Shown one piece after another: positions 34,301 through 46,500 of a DNA stretch of 64,000 nucleotides. Origin of the DNA: Azolla caroliniana (lineage: Eukaryota > Plantae > Polypodiophyta). Below the pieces are notes generated by a model. The model was not told where the DNA came from and did not search any database. It worked only from the letters and a program-made list of their open reading frames with translations. The translations under genes and the position numbers were made by a program. Numbering within the stretch: position 1 is the stretch's first letter; the number at the start of each line of letters is the position of its first letter. The stretch covers positions 11,470,001 to 11,534,000 of the forward strand of contig JBHGNT010000016.1 in NCBI GenBank assembly GCA_043228905.1, given 5' to 3'.

Positions 34301-34462
34301 GATCAGCCAGAAGTGCTACATCTGATCGAGTCTCCTGATGCTCTCAAGGCCAAAGTAGCAGAGGCAATGGAAGTTTTGCGAATGGCTCAAGGAAGCGTTG
34401 CATTCACAAATTCCATTGATCAGATTGCAAATCTATCCTTGAATGAGCCATTGTCAACCTAG
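31333..34462 (+). CDS. PAB: Cytoplasmic polyadenylate-binding protein (4 RRM + MLLE/PABC), 629 aa, 9 coding exons
   Basis: Exons 31333-31558, 31707-31825, 31978-32634, 32734-32811, 33261-33350, 33451-33594, 33722-33895, 33970-34125, 34217-34462; all GT-AG, 1890 nt in frame. Motifs [50 protein letters not shown]. Confidence 0.96.
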
Positions 34463-36495
34463 AACATCCAGTTTTTGTGATTCCCTTTCGGAAGTATTTC
34501 TTTTGTCTTTTCTATCTTGTAATGTGAGTAGCGTTTGTTTGTAGCTATTTAAATTCTAAGCCGGATACTGGAGACCTAGAAGAGTTAAGTCGATGTTATT
34601 CAGCCCTTGTATGGGCTTCGGTTTTGCACTTTGTTATATGCACTCGGTTTTTGCATTTTGTGCAGACTCTGTTTGTTTGTTCTGTTGATTCAGTAACTAC
34701 TTCATCAATGTCTAAACTTTTGTGGGGATTTATCTTCTCTAAAGCATAGTGCCTGTGTTTTTGAAATGATGTTTAGATTTGAATCAGAGTTCTCAGGCTT
34801 TATCCTGCATCCAGGAAGAGGAATACTGCATTTGGGATGGGAGCTCATGTAAATATTTACGTGTACAGTCATCGAAGACTAATGCATCCACACCACAATT
34901 AACTCCTTTCTTCTGGAGACATGTCTATATTTCTGGTGCAGAATAAAGAAATGATCTTCAATGATCATTACATTGATGCATCACTCAATGATATATTAGT
35001 GTAGATTCCTTTGGAATGAAATTGAAAAGCGAAATGAAATCTAATCTGGAAATAATTTATGAATTCAAGTAGATAAATGAACAATCATTACAGATGCATT
35101 TCTTCGTGATGATTTGAATGTGTGGATTTGTCTAAGGTAACAAATGAAATTTAAATGAAAAATGAACTTTTATCAGCTGGAGGTAGTTAAAAAATTAGAG
35201 AAATGAACAATCTTAATGGAAATGCATTACTTTGTGTAGATTGTGTTGATTAGTATTCTTTATGATATGCTATAACAGAATATTCAAAAAATTTGAACAC
35301 CAATTTATCTCTTAGAAACTCTCGGAACTTGATTTATATTAGTTTCGAAAGGCAGAATGTAACTTCTAATCATAGTAAGAAAGGAAAAAATTTGAAGGAA
35401 GAAATGTAAAAGCTACCTTTTAGATGAACACGATTGATTCCTAATGAAGTTGGCATCACAAAAGGTTTAATCATGCTGTGAATGAACCATGGCAACTACT
35501 AATTACATCATAATCATGCATCGATGACCACCACATAGATTTTATTTCAGGACCAGGTGATATATGAAACAAACTACTATGCTTTCAATTTATCAAATAC
35601 ATGCTTTGGATTTTTGTAATGCTCTTTATATTTTACTGGTGGGGAATCTCAAGATCGGCAAAAACAAAAACGAAAAAATGTACAAATAAGTTTTCCATTG
35701 TATACATTATTATTTGTTGAAATAATTCCCTGCTGCCATCTATGATGTACTAATCCTACCTTTCAATTCCATGTTCAAACGTTCAAGTATAGTTAATTTG
35801 CTGCTTTGTTCCCAACAATTTATCAAAGAATTCTCACAATTGACAACACAAGCCACCTGTAACCACCCACTCGTCAATATACTACTAGCTATGCATGGCA
35901 ATTGTCTCTAGCCTTTTGTAAAAATCGTTTTACCTCCTATTTTGCATAGATCCTCATATAATTAACCCGTTGGCTCTAACTGATATAGTAGCTTCTTAAG
36001 AGCATTATATGATAGGAATGAATACAGAGTGCTTCTCTATTTCAAAAGAGAAGTACTGATGATCATTGAGTAGAAAGTAATAACCTCTTGTACAAAAGAA
36101 GCAAATCTTAAAGAGATTATATTATGGTCAAAGTAGTGAACACAAGCCTCCCACCAAAAGATTGTAGGAATCAATGCACACTGCCCTTATTTATGTCTTG
36201 TGCTTGTGCCTTACATACAAGGTAACTATAGTATAATTAACAATCTATATTGAGTCTACAATACCCCATCGGTTAATTTGGTTAGAAAGTCCTAATCTTG
36301 TTATTATGTTTTAACTAATCTACCATCCAATGCAAGATTACAGGAATGTATGTCCACTAATCCGATTCAAATTAACTTCTTCAAATTAAAATAAGCTAAA
36401 CTTCCAAGGCAACTTAAGATAGGTGCAATGTGCAAGACTTGCAAAAAAGGTAGTTTTTTTAGTATGAACGTGTGCTGATCTCAATAAATGGTACT

Positions 36496-39058
36496 TCAGC
36501 CAGTCCTTGCATCACCTTGACTGCCCATTAATTGCTTACATAGCTTTTCGACTTTCTTTTCAAGCAAAACTTCCTTTACTCGAGAGCGTGCTTGACGATA
36601 AAAACTATCAAGCCGACTTAGGTCATCATAACTAGCTTTGCTTATCATTCTGTCCCATTCCTGGAAGATGGCCCAAGTAGCATTGGCATTGGCAGATCCA
36701 AGGGTTCCATATAAGGCTGCATGAAGTGTGCTGGCTTGCTCTTTGGCAGCAGCTAATTCAGATTTTAATGCAGATATTTCCTTCTGAGCAATTGCAAGTT
36801 CATCTGCAGAGGTACTCACCTTTGGAAGCTGATCAATATCTCCCGATGAATGTGCATCAATGGCATTGGCCTCTTTGTCATGGGCAGGTGGCCAGACAAC
36901 CCGGCAAGGGGTGGGGCTATCATCCACTTTCCCTGTACCCAATATACCATTCTGTCCACGGCCCCAAGCAAACAGAGCACGTCCATTATTCACGGAAACA
37001 ACTGTGTGTGCCGCCCCACACGCCACTTCGTCACAGTGAGATGCATCAAAAAGAGTGTGTCCCATTATGCGTACTGGAGACAAATAATCTCCACCTTCAA
37101 TGCCGGGTGGTCCAACTCCTGGACAAAGCCCTAGACCCCGCTCCATCCCCCAACACCATATTTCACCTCCTTCAGTGACAACAGCCATGTGAAACAACCC
37201 GCAGGAAACTGACACAATCCTTGTATCCTCGGGTAAACCCTCAACTACATGTGGGGAATCTAAGCTCTGAGAAGTTCCTTGGCCTAGCTGCCCATTCTCA
37301 CCCATCCCGAACGTCCAACACATACTTCTCTTCTTATGTGCCCCCCCGTCAGTGATAACAGCGGTGTGATATGCTCCACAAGAAACGTAACTCAATCTCC
37401 CCACATTATTCTTGTCAAATGCAGTTACAGCCTGTGGGTTCAATCTACTTTCTTTATCTCCTAGGCCAAGCTGACCATATTTATTGCTCCCCCAAGTGTA
37501 GCATGCATACGGTTGTGTTTCTTGCTCATCGACAACTGCTATAACATGCTCATAGCCACATGCTACTTTCACCACATTTAGTCCCTGCAGACCTGCAACA
37601 GGATGTGGTGTTTCACAGATGGAAAGTGCAAAGGATTGATGTCCGTTTCTTACATTCACTGGTGAAGGGCAGTTCCCCCACATCCACAGAATTCCATCTT
37701 CACTGACAGCACAAGACATCATACCACCTGCTGCAACACGAACTACCTGTCCCACGTGCATACACCATTATGTACAGGCTACTATGTTATATTCAACTTG
37801 TAAAACAATGGTATACCTTTGGAGGTTTCTCCTCAAGAAGTTCAGCTCCTGTATCATCTGCTGCTTCTGCATGTCTTTCCCAACGAAGTATGGGGTTTGG
37901 GTGAGAGTCATCGATACTCTCATATCCCAACTGACCATCCATGATTTCCTTAAGGCAAACAATCATAATGCTAACTTGCTGATTGCTTGAAAAAACTATA
38001 ACTAGAGATGCAAAAACTTTTAAGTAATTCTTTACGAAAAATCAAGCGAACTCCACAACCAGAAACAAACCAGATGACAAGTAGACACAGCTCCCTATTG
38101 GGAATTGCAACTGATATACAAGTGTAGCCAGATATGGTTTTGAATTCTCTTATCCTCCATATTGATTCTTTTCTCAATCTTTTGCTCGGTAGAAATTAGT
38201 TGAGCTCTGTCTGATCTACTAGAAGTAGAAGTTGAATCAATCACGGGCAATAATATGGAATATTTTTTAATCAGATTTCCATGCCCTTGCCATTCATACA
38301 TATGCAACATATTAATAACATCTTCCAACACTTTTTTATTAAAGAAAGTTAAGCAAGACAAAGAGTACAGCGGATACAAACATTGTAGCCCCAAGACCAG
38401 ACAATACCATCACCTGCATGCAGCGAAACAAAGATCTTAGGGATATTCAAGTACAATTATCAGAAGAGATGTCAGAGTTGATAAAGCCCATTGCAAACAA
38501 ATCACAATAGTCTGGATATATAGGTATATATATATATATATACATACATACATACATAATAGATATATTGACAAATAATATGGAAATCCTTGCACAATAC
38601 CCTTAATTCCAATCAAGTACTGAAAATCTAGCTATTATGTATAAACATAAGGTTCGGGCGGGACTATACCTGCTAAAGCTAAGCTATGATAAGAACCTGC
38701 TGCAATGTCGATGATGGTAGCAGTGGGGGTAGTGACAGTGGCATCAGGCCCTTCCATTGGGATGATGCGTAGTGGTGTTGGGAGGATCTGATCCGCGGTC
38801 CCGTTCCCCAATCGGCCAAAAAGGCCCTTGCCCCAACAAAACACCTTGCCATGACCATGACCATGACCATGACCACCTAGTAGAGCACAAGAATCCAGTA
38901 CTCACAACGTCTTCCAACGTGAAGGATGAGATGGTGGCCTTGTCGGAAGCAATTGATGATGGGGGGAAATGAATTGCGTACGCACCTGTAAGGAGCAGAG
39001 TATGGCCTTCCCCTGCCACAATACGCGCCACCGCCTCATATCCCTCCTCCATCGCCAT
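36496..39058 (-). CDS. RCC1-repeat (UVR8/RCC1-like beta-propeller) protein with C-terminal coiled coil, ~562 aa, 5 exons
   Basis: Exons 39058-38986, 38876-38670, 38413-38378, 37938-37817, 37746-36496; 1689 nt in frame. Repeats AGEGHT, WGKGLFGRLG, AGSYHS, WGYNVYGQLG, WGSNKYGQLG, CGAYHT, CGLFHM, CGAAHT. Intron 3 is non-canonical. Confidence 0.9.
37939..38377 (-). other. Probable U12-type intron with GT-GG termini
   Basis: 5' site GTATCC; branch-like GCCTTAAG 11-12 nt from a GG 3' end; splicing gives WGYNVYGQLG. Confidence 0.7.
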
Positions 39059-39205
39059 ACATACAATACAGGTAACAGGATTATGGCTGCTGGGCAAATG
39101 CTTATATAGTGTACATACATACATGTACATACCTACATACATGGAGGAAACAAGCTCTTCTATCCTCTTCCTCTAAATCTATTAATCTATCACTATGTGT
39201 ACAGT

Positions 39206-39371
39206 GTAGTAAAGGAGGAGGGATGTTTGTTACCCCAATGTGTTAAACCCTCAATACTAATAAAAGTGCCATAAAAAGGCCAACCTCGTAGTAAAGGAGG
39301 AGGGATGTTTGTTACCCCAATGTGTTAAACCCTCAATACTAATAAAAGTGCCATAAAAAGGCCAACCTCGT
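39206..39371. repeat. Perfect 82-bp tandem duplication upstream of the RCC1-like gene
   Basis: GTAGTAAAGGAGG...GGCCAACCTC at 39206-39287 and 39288-39369. Confidence 0.95.
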
Positions 39372-40489
39372 CCTCTTCAGACAAGGAACCCGCATGCAGA
39401 GCACAACTTTTTGTTGTGGTTGTATTCCATGTAGAAGAACCCGTTTCTTGGACTCCAATTGTATCACATACCCCAATATGTAAAGTAATAAAAAAGCAAC
39501 CTAATATGATGGCTAGGTTAAAGCACTAGTTCCCTAAACGAAAACTATTAAATCTTTCATATATTATCAATCACTTTTGTCTAATGTCTCACTCACCACC
39601 GAAAGGGTTTGCAAACATCCCTAGTTAATGGTGTCCGAAGTCGGTACGCAACCACCCGAATTGCCTTAGCATTTGGGAATATAAGAAATCGATGTCTTGC
39701 TTCCTTCTCGACCAATGTACCTATGCTATTGGAAACGTGTCAATGTTTTAAAGTCGTCGCCAAAAGAAACCCACCTTCTATTGCTTGCCAAAAAAACAGT
39801 TTAGCATGGATTGGAATGCAAGAATGCCATTGTACACCCAAAACTTAACACCATTGTATACAACATGTAATATGCCATGTATGCAAAACCCTCATCACTA
39901 GTCAAGCTCTATGCTTAGTCAACTTGTGATATAGATTAGTGGTGTGCACTGCTAGTATCAATTTGTTACCATTGAATAACCAATTGTTCCACAGTTCCTC
40001 TAGTAGGGCATGTTGACCCACAATGCTAGGTATTGCAAATACTAATTGCCAAATATAGTCATATTCAAGAGGTGTATGAAACCTATTGTGCATTGTACTA
40101 AAGGTCATGATTTTCATACATGACTAAAAAATAACGTTTTCACAATTACCAAGCCAAGCCTTGCCATATTATTGAAATCAAACTTGAGATTTTCCTTTCC
40201 ATCTAAATGTAATAACTATGAGGATGGTCTAAACTTGGGTGGTTGCCACTTGATCAATTCTAAACTCCTTTGCCAAGAGTGCACTAAGTATCGAACCATT
40301 ATAGATTGTGAGCATCTAAACAATTGATCACTATTAACAATAGGCTAATATAAAGTTATGATTCTTGTTTTCCCATGATATATACCAACCTTCTCCATAA
40401 AATAACAATTTATCTCTACTAAGGTCAAGATCCCATAAACATACCTTTTAAGAGGCTAATTCTTCAACCACCCATGTGATCCTCCAAAC

Positions 40490-42660
40490 TTTTTTTTTTC
40501 CAAAAAAAACTACCATTAGTTAAGGCAATGTACATAGGATAATATACAACTCATATCTTACAGGCCAACTTGCATGTCAAAAAGAAAACAATATGTGTAA
40601 AGGAAACAACAAAAACAATTCCAAAACACCGCATCATTCGATGTGCATAGCATTACCCGAACGCATACCCTCCATGTGAGCCTCACACAACCCAAATTTA
40701 GCATTGACATCCTCCACTCTCTTCTCATGGCAGCACCCATCTATATGTTAGGTACACTCGGAGGGAACAACCACTGTGGTGGTTGATAATTCCACTTCGC
40801 TTTACCATCCACCATCTGTAGCATCGATGAACCGCTCCATTTCAGAAGGAACTGAGCTCTAGCTTCTTCACTTGCGTCTGAGGGCCCTTGAAGACTTTCA
40901 AACTCTCCTCGTAACGTAGAAATAAGATTAAACTAGATCATCATTAAACTCTCAGCCGGTGGGGTTCGCTTATCTGAGAAAGTCTCCTTGCACCTAGATA
41001 CCCACACTTGCCAAACCGTAAGGCCGACCACTAATAACCATATGTCCACGTAGCGTTCCTGTATGAAGAATGAACCTCCTTATGCTGGTTGTACAGTTCC
41101 TTGCATCACCTTTAAAGAAGGACTATTTCCATTCCACCCTTGAAACCACGCAACCAATTTAGTGGCCAACCAAGTGACTGCAGTGCTCGATACATGAACC
41201 TCAACCCCGAATCGAGCCAAGATTCTTAAGCTCCTCAGCCAAACTTCTTGGGCTCATGGGCAACACCACAAATAATGTGCGATGTCCTCCAAGCTCGCAC
41301 TGCAGGCCTTGCAACTACTCATGCCACCTCTTTTCCCAAGCCACTCTCCCGTTGGAACAACCTGATGGGTGATTAACCAGAAAAACACTTTGACCCGCTC
41401 GGGGAGGGATGAGTTCCATATCTTGCTCCTGGTTCTATCCACGAAGACTGAATCAACAACTACATGGACCCATTTGTTGGCACACTTCTCACGATGCCAA
41501 CATAACTTCTCCCCAAGCGTGTTGAGTATTCGAAGAAACCTATTGATTTATCTTGTTCTCCCTTCCACTTATATTCAGTAGGATCCCATTCTAAGCACTC
41601 GAGTGGCTTGCCTTCAACCACATGCAAGATCTAGTCCTCCTCAACCTCATCGACTGGTGGATTCACCTTCCATTTCTTGCCGTCTCGTGCTACAATTCTA
41701 ATCGGGTACCAACTTGCACTTTCATCTATTGATCCCAACTGGATGATCTTCCCATTCTTTCCTAGATCCCTGGCATTGATAACTTTTCCCGTATCATCAC
41801 ATTGTCTGGACCATTCACCCTCTTCCTCATTACCAATAGGAATAGAGTAGACAGTTGTATTGACTAGGTCAAGCATCTTTTTGCCATTTCTGACCTTTCC
41901 CACATCTTCATATAATTTATCACGATTACTACCGGACAACCGCATCCAATCTACCACTGAATGAATCCCTACACAATACAATATAGACCATGGCATACAC
42001 TTGCTCTGTCCAAGCATCTTTCCCTCTGACGATTTTATGGTCTCATTCCACAGTAGGGGTTGGCGCATCCATTCAGCATTAGTACTTGGACGATTCCGAC
42101 TTAGATGCCCACAGAGCATACTCCACGCCTTCATCATTGGCATACAGGTACGATCAGCCAACCAATTAGATTTCCTCAACTTTAAGTTCATACAAAAAAA
42201 CCATGCTTTATGTGACTTCCATTGCCCACCAAGTCTTGGACTCTAGAGAATCCTCCTATTATGTATCAATGTTTTCCATAACTCGTTACTAGGTAGCAAG
42301 CTCCTTACCAATACCTTATATAGCAATGCATAACTCTACAATCCAGGGTCAATCAATCCTAAACCCCCCTTACTCTTGGGAAGAACCAATGTAGACCATG
42401 ATACTTTGGCTGCCGCATTGTCTTTCCTGATCCCATCCCATAGGAATCCACTAATACACGCTTTAACAGTACGAATAGCTTGCTTGTCAAACATCCACAC
42501 TAAAACTGCATGCCATACGTAGACAAGAGCACATGGTTAGCTACTATGATCCTACCAGCCAATGATAAGTTCATCCATGACCAATTGCATATTTTGTCAC
42601 AAATTTTACTTTGAATTTGTTGCAACTGAATTCCTTTGTCGATATCTACACCAATCCATG
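40490..42660 (-). mobile_element. Decayed L1-type LINE, 3' part of ORF2
   Basis: LSLAGRIIVANHVLL, AKVSWSTLVLPKSKGGLGLID and zf-RVT RVKVFFWL...CKAC...EDIAHYLWCCP; T-run at 40490-40499 is a possible poly(A) tail; cut at 42660 by Copia E. Confidence 0.8.
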
Positions 42661-43523
42661 TGTTGAGCGAGCAAGCTCAACTGGATCCGGATCGGCTGAA
42701 TAAGCCAGAGCTAGATCAATATTCGGATGGTATTCGGAAACAACCGGCTGGATCGGGAAGACGGATCGGAGAGCCGGATTCGAGCGGGAACCGGAAGTCT
42801 AGTAGTAGCCTAGACTACTAGGTAATCATTGTCTCGTAGTTAGTGTCAGTCACTCGTAGGAATATTGAAGTACCTGTCAGTACTTCTGTCAATCCTTTAT
42901 GGACTTGTATAAATACTGCTATTTAGCATGTTGTATGTACAGAGTTACAGAGTGTTTTTATTTTTTTTGAATCTAGTTTATGTTCTGCTCTCTCTATCTC
43001 TCCCGCGTATACTCTGTGTATTAAGCTTCTCCATTAAACCTTCATCTTTTTCTCTGTTGCTATCCAGCTGCGCCGGTTCTGTCTAACGCATCTGCACATT
43101 AACATTCACATGGTATCAGAGTGCGAGGGTTGAGAACCTCTGTAGCCGACACTTGTTTTCGTAGATGAACCCTAGAACCCAGTAACAACAGACAGAGAGA
43201 AGATATGGACAGAGGAATGGCAAGTTCACTTCCAACAGAGAAGCTCGACCGGAGCAACTATGCATCCTGGTCATACAAGATGCACCAGTACCTGCTGGCG
43301 CATGGATATTGGAACTTCGTGGAAGGAACGAACGAGGTAGCGCTGGAGCCGGCATAGGACTTCCTGGTATGGGAGCAAGGAGCAAGCCGAGTATTGTACT
43401 GCCTCACGTCTTGTGTGCACGACCAGATGCTCGGCTACATAAAGGATGCAAAAACACCGAAGGAGGCCTGGGGAAATCTGAGGAAGATTTTTGCCTTGAG
43501 TACCACAACCCGTAAGTTGCAAC

Positions 43524-46500
43524 TGTTAGAAATTGACGCTTTCAAAACCTTCACCTCTCGGCCACAACCGAGGAAACATGAATCAATGCAGCAGAAAACG
43601 AAAACACAGAGAGAGACTCGAATGCACAGGGTTTAGCGTGGAAAAACCCTAGACGGAAAAAAAAACCACGGGAGTGCAAGACTCCAACTATCACTATACG
43701 CAGGGAATGTACAATGGCGAGCTGCAAGGCGACGACCTTGAGCTCGCTGTCCTCGCCACAGGCGGCGGTATTACACAGAGGCGTCGACCTCTTCCTCTCT
43801 CTCTCTCTCTCTCTGCTGCTCTCACTTCGCTCCCTCTCAGTGGAAAACAGGAAAAATGAGTAACAACACAAAACTGTTTGCCCTAAGTCATATTTATACA
43901 CATATGACTTTCGGGCTATTTACAAATATAGCCTCAAGGGCCCTTGGCAAACATATTCACAAATATGTCCCCACATCCGGATCTCTCTCCGGGTACATTC
44001 GTCATCCAGCTCCGTAGCCGGGGTCTTCATCATCCGGATCCGGAACCGGGTCTTCATCATCCGGCTCCGATACCGGGTACTCCTCATTCGGGTCTTCATT
44101 CCCGATTCCCGGACATCCGACCATCCCATCCGGAGGGACCGTAATCCCAACAAACTCCCCCTTCACTTCGGCATGGGATGTCTTTCCAGTCCGACCCTCT
44201 TCCGGCACGCTTCTAGCTTGTCGGGTGTGAGCACTTTGGTCAGCATATCTGACCCGTTCTCGTCCGTGTGGATCTTCGTCAGCACGAACTCCTGGTCTTC
44301 TATCCTTTCCCGGATCCAGTGATATCTTCGCTGGATGTGCTTCGTCCGGGAGTGATAGGCCGCGTTCTTCGCAAGGTGGATGGCACTCTGACTGTCGCAG
44401 TAGAGTCGGTACTCCTCCTGCCGGATACCGAGCTCTCTAATGAAGTCCTTCATCCATATTATTTCCTTGCCGGCTTCAATAGCCGCCATGTACTCCGCCT
44501 CCGTGGTTGACAACGCAACCGTCTTCTGCAGCCTCGACTGCCACGAAACAGCTCCCCCTGCATACGTCATCACATACCCTGATGTGGACCGGCTGGTATC
44601 TGCATCAGCCGACATATCCGAATCGGTAAAGCCGTCGAGTTCGGGCTTACCGGAGCCGAATCGGAGGCACACGTTTGCCGTGCCCTTCAGGTATCGGAGT
44701 ATCCACTTGGCCGCGTTCCAGTGCTCTTTGCCGGGATTGCTCATGTACCGGCTCACCACTCCGACTGCATATCCTATGTCCGGTCTGGTACACACCATTG
44801 CGTACATCAAGCTTCCGACGGCAGAGGCATATGGTACTTTCATCATGTCCTCCTTCTCAGCCTTTGTCTTGGGGCTTTGCTTGCTGGACAACTTGCAGTT
44901 TGCCGGGAGGGTTGACCCGACCGGTCTTGCTTCCGACATGTTGAACCGGTGAAGCACCTTTGTCACGTACTTCTCCTGTGACAGCCACAACTGCTTCTTC
45001 TTCCGGTCCCGGATGATGTGCATCCCTAGTATTTGCCTCGCCGGACCCAGGTCCTTCATTGAGAAGGTTCGGTGAAGCGCTTTCTTCAGCATCCGTATCT
45101 TGACCTGGTCCCGTCCGACGATCAACATGTCGTCCACGTACAGGAGGAGTATTAGAAAGTCTCCTCCTTCGAACTTCTTCACAAACACGCAGTGATCGGA
45201 CTGCGTTTTGTGGTACCCTTCGTCGGTCATGAAGGAGTCGAACTTCCGGTACCACTGCCGGGGAGCCTGCTTCAGTCCGTAAAGGCTCTTCTTCAACCGG
45301 CATACCAGGTGCTCCTTCCCTTTCTTCTCGAATCCTTCCGGTTGCTGCATGTAGATCTCTTCTTCGAGGTCACCGTGAAGGAATGTCGTCTTCACGTCCA
45401 TCTGTTCTACCTCGAGGTCCATGCTTGCCGCTATGCTCAGCACCGTCCGGATGGAGGTCATCTTCACTACCGGGGCAAATATCTTGTCGAAGTCGACGCC
45501 CTTCTTCTGCTGGAACCCCTTCACCACGATCCTCGCTTTGTATCTCGGGGGGTTTCCGGCATCTCCCGGTTTTAGCTTGAACACCCACTTGTTTCGAAGT
45601 GCCCGCTTTCCTTTCGGCAACTCCACAAGTTCATATGTGTGGTTCTCATGCAGGGAATCCATCTCCTCCTGCATGGCACTTAACCACCTGCGGCTATGGG
45701 TGTCAAGCTTTGCTTCTTCAAAACTCTCCGGCTCCCCCTCGTCGGTTAGTAGCACGTGCTCTAGTTCCGGAAATCTCCGGGGGGCCCTTCTCTCTCTTAG
45801 AGGATATCTCCGTTCCGGAGCTTCGGTAACCGGCTCCTCCGTTTCCTCTTCATCCGAATCCTTTTCGGGATCGGGGCCGGTTCCGGTATCAGTTTCATCT
45901 TCCTCGGCCGATTCTGTTTCTTCACCGTCTTCGGCCGGTTCCTCGAGTGCTAACCGGTCCCTTGCCGGTCGGGACTGCTCCTCGTAGAGTTGATCCTCAC
46001 CGGTCGACTTGGAGCTCTTCATCTTCTTCTCCGACTCCCAGTCGGTGAGTGTTTTGTCCTCCATGAAGATGATATCACGACTCCGGAATATCTTTTTGTC
46101 GACCGGGTCCCATACTCGGTAGCCGAACTCGTCATCGCCGTAACCGAGGAACATGCATGGCCGGGTCTTTGGATCTAGTTTTCCTCTCCGGTCCTTTGCC
46201 ACATGCACATATGCGAGATACCCGAACACCTTCAGATGCCGGTAGGATACTTCCCTACCGGTCCACACTCTCTGCGGCGTGTCTCCGTCCAAAGGTACTG
46301 AGGGTGATCTGTTTATCACGTATGTCGCCGTCGACATTGCCTCAGCCCAAAACCCCTTGGGTAATTTCGCATGCGCCAGCATGCTCCGGACCCTCTCCAT
46401 TATGGTCCGGTTCATCCTCTCGGCCAGCCCGTTCAGTTTCGGCGTCTTCGGCATAGTAAACTCGAGCCGGATTCCCTTCGAGCGACAATACTCCTCGAAC

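Noticed and set aside
34945-35245. Three degenerate ~120-bp units between the convergent genes
   Set aside because: Similarity is weak in AT-rich sequence and boundaries cannot be fixed by eye.
39400-40480. Short ORFs 39609-39848 and 39902-40117, possibly an older LINE remnant
   Set aside because: No motif I can identify with confidence.
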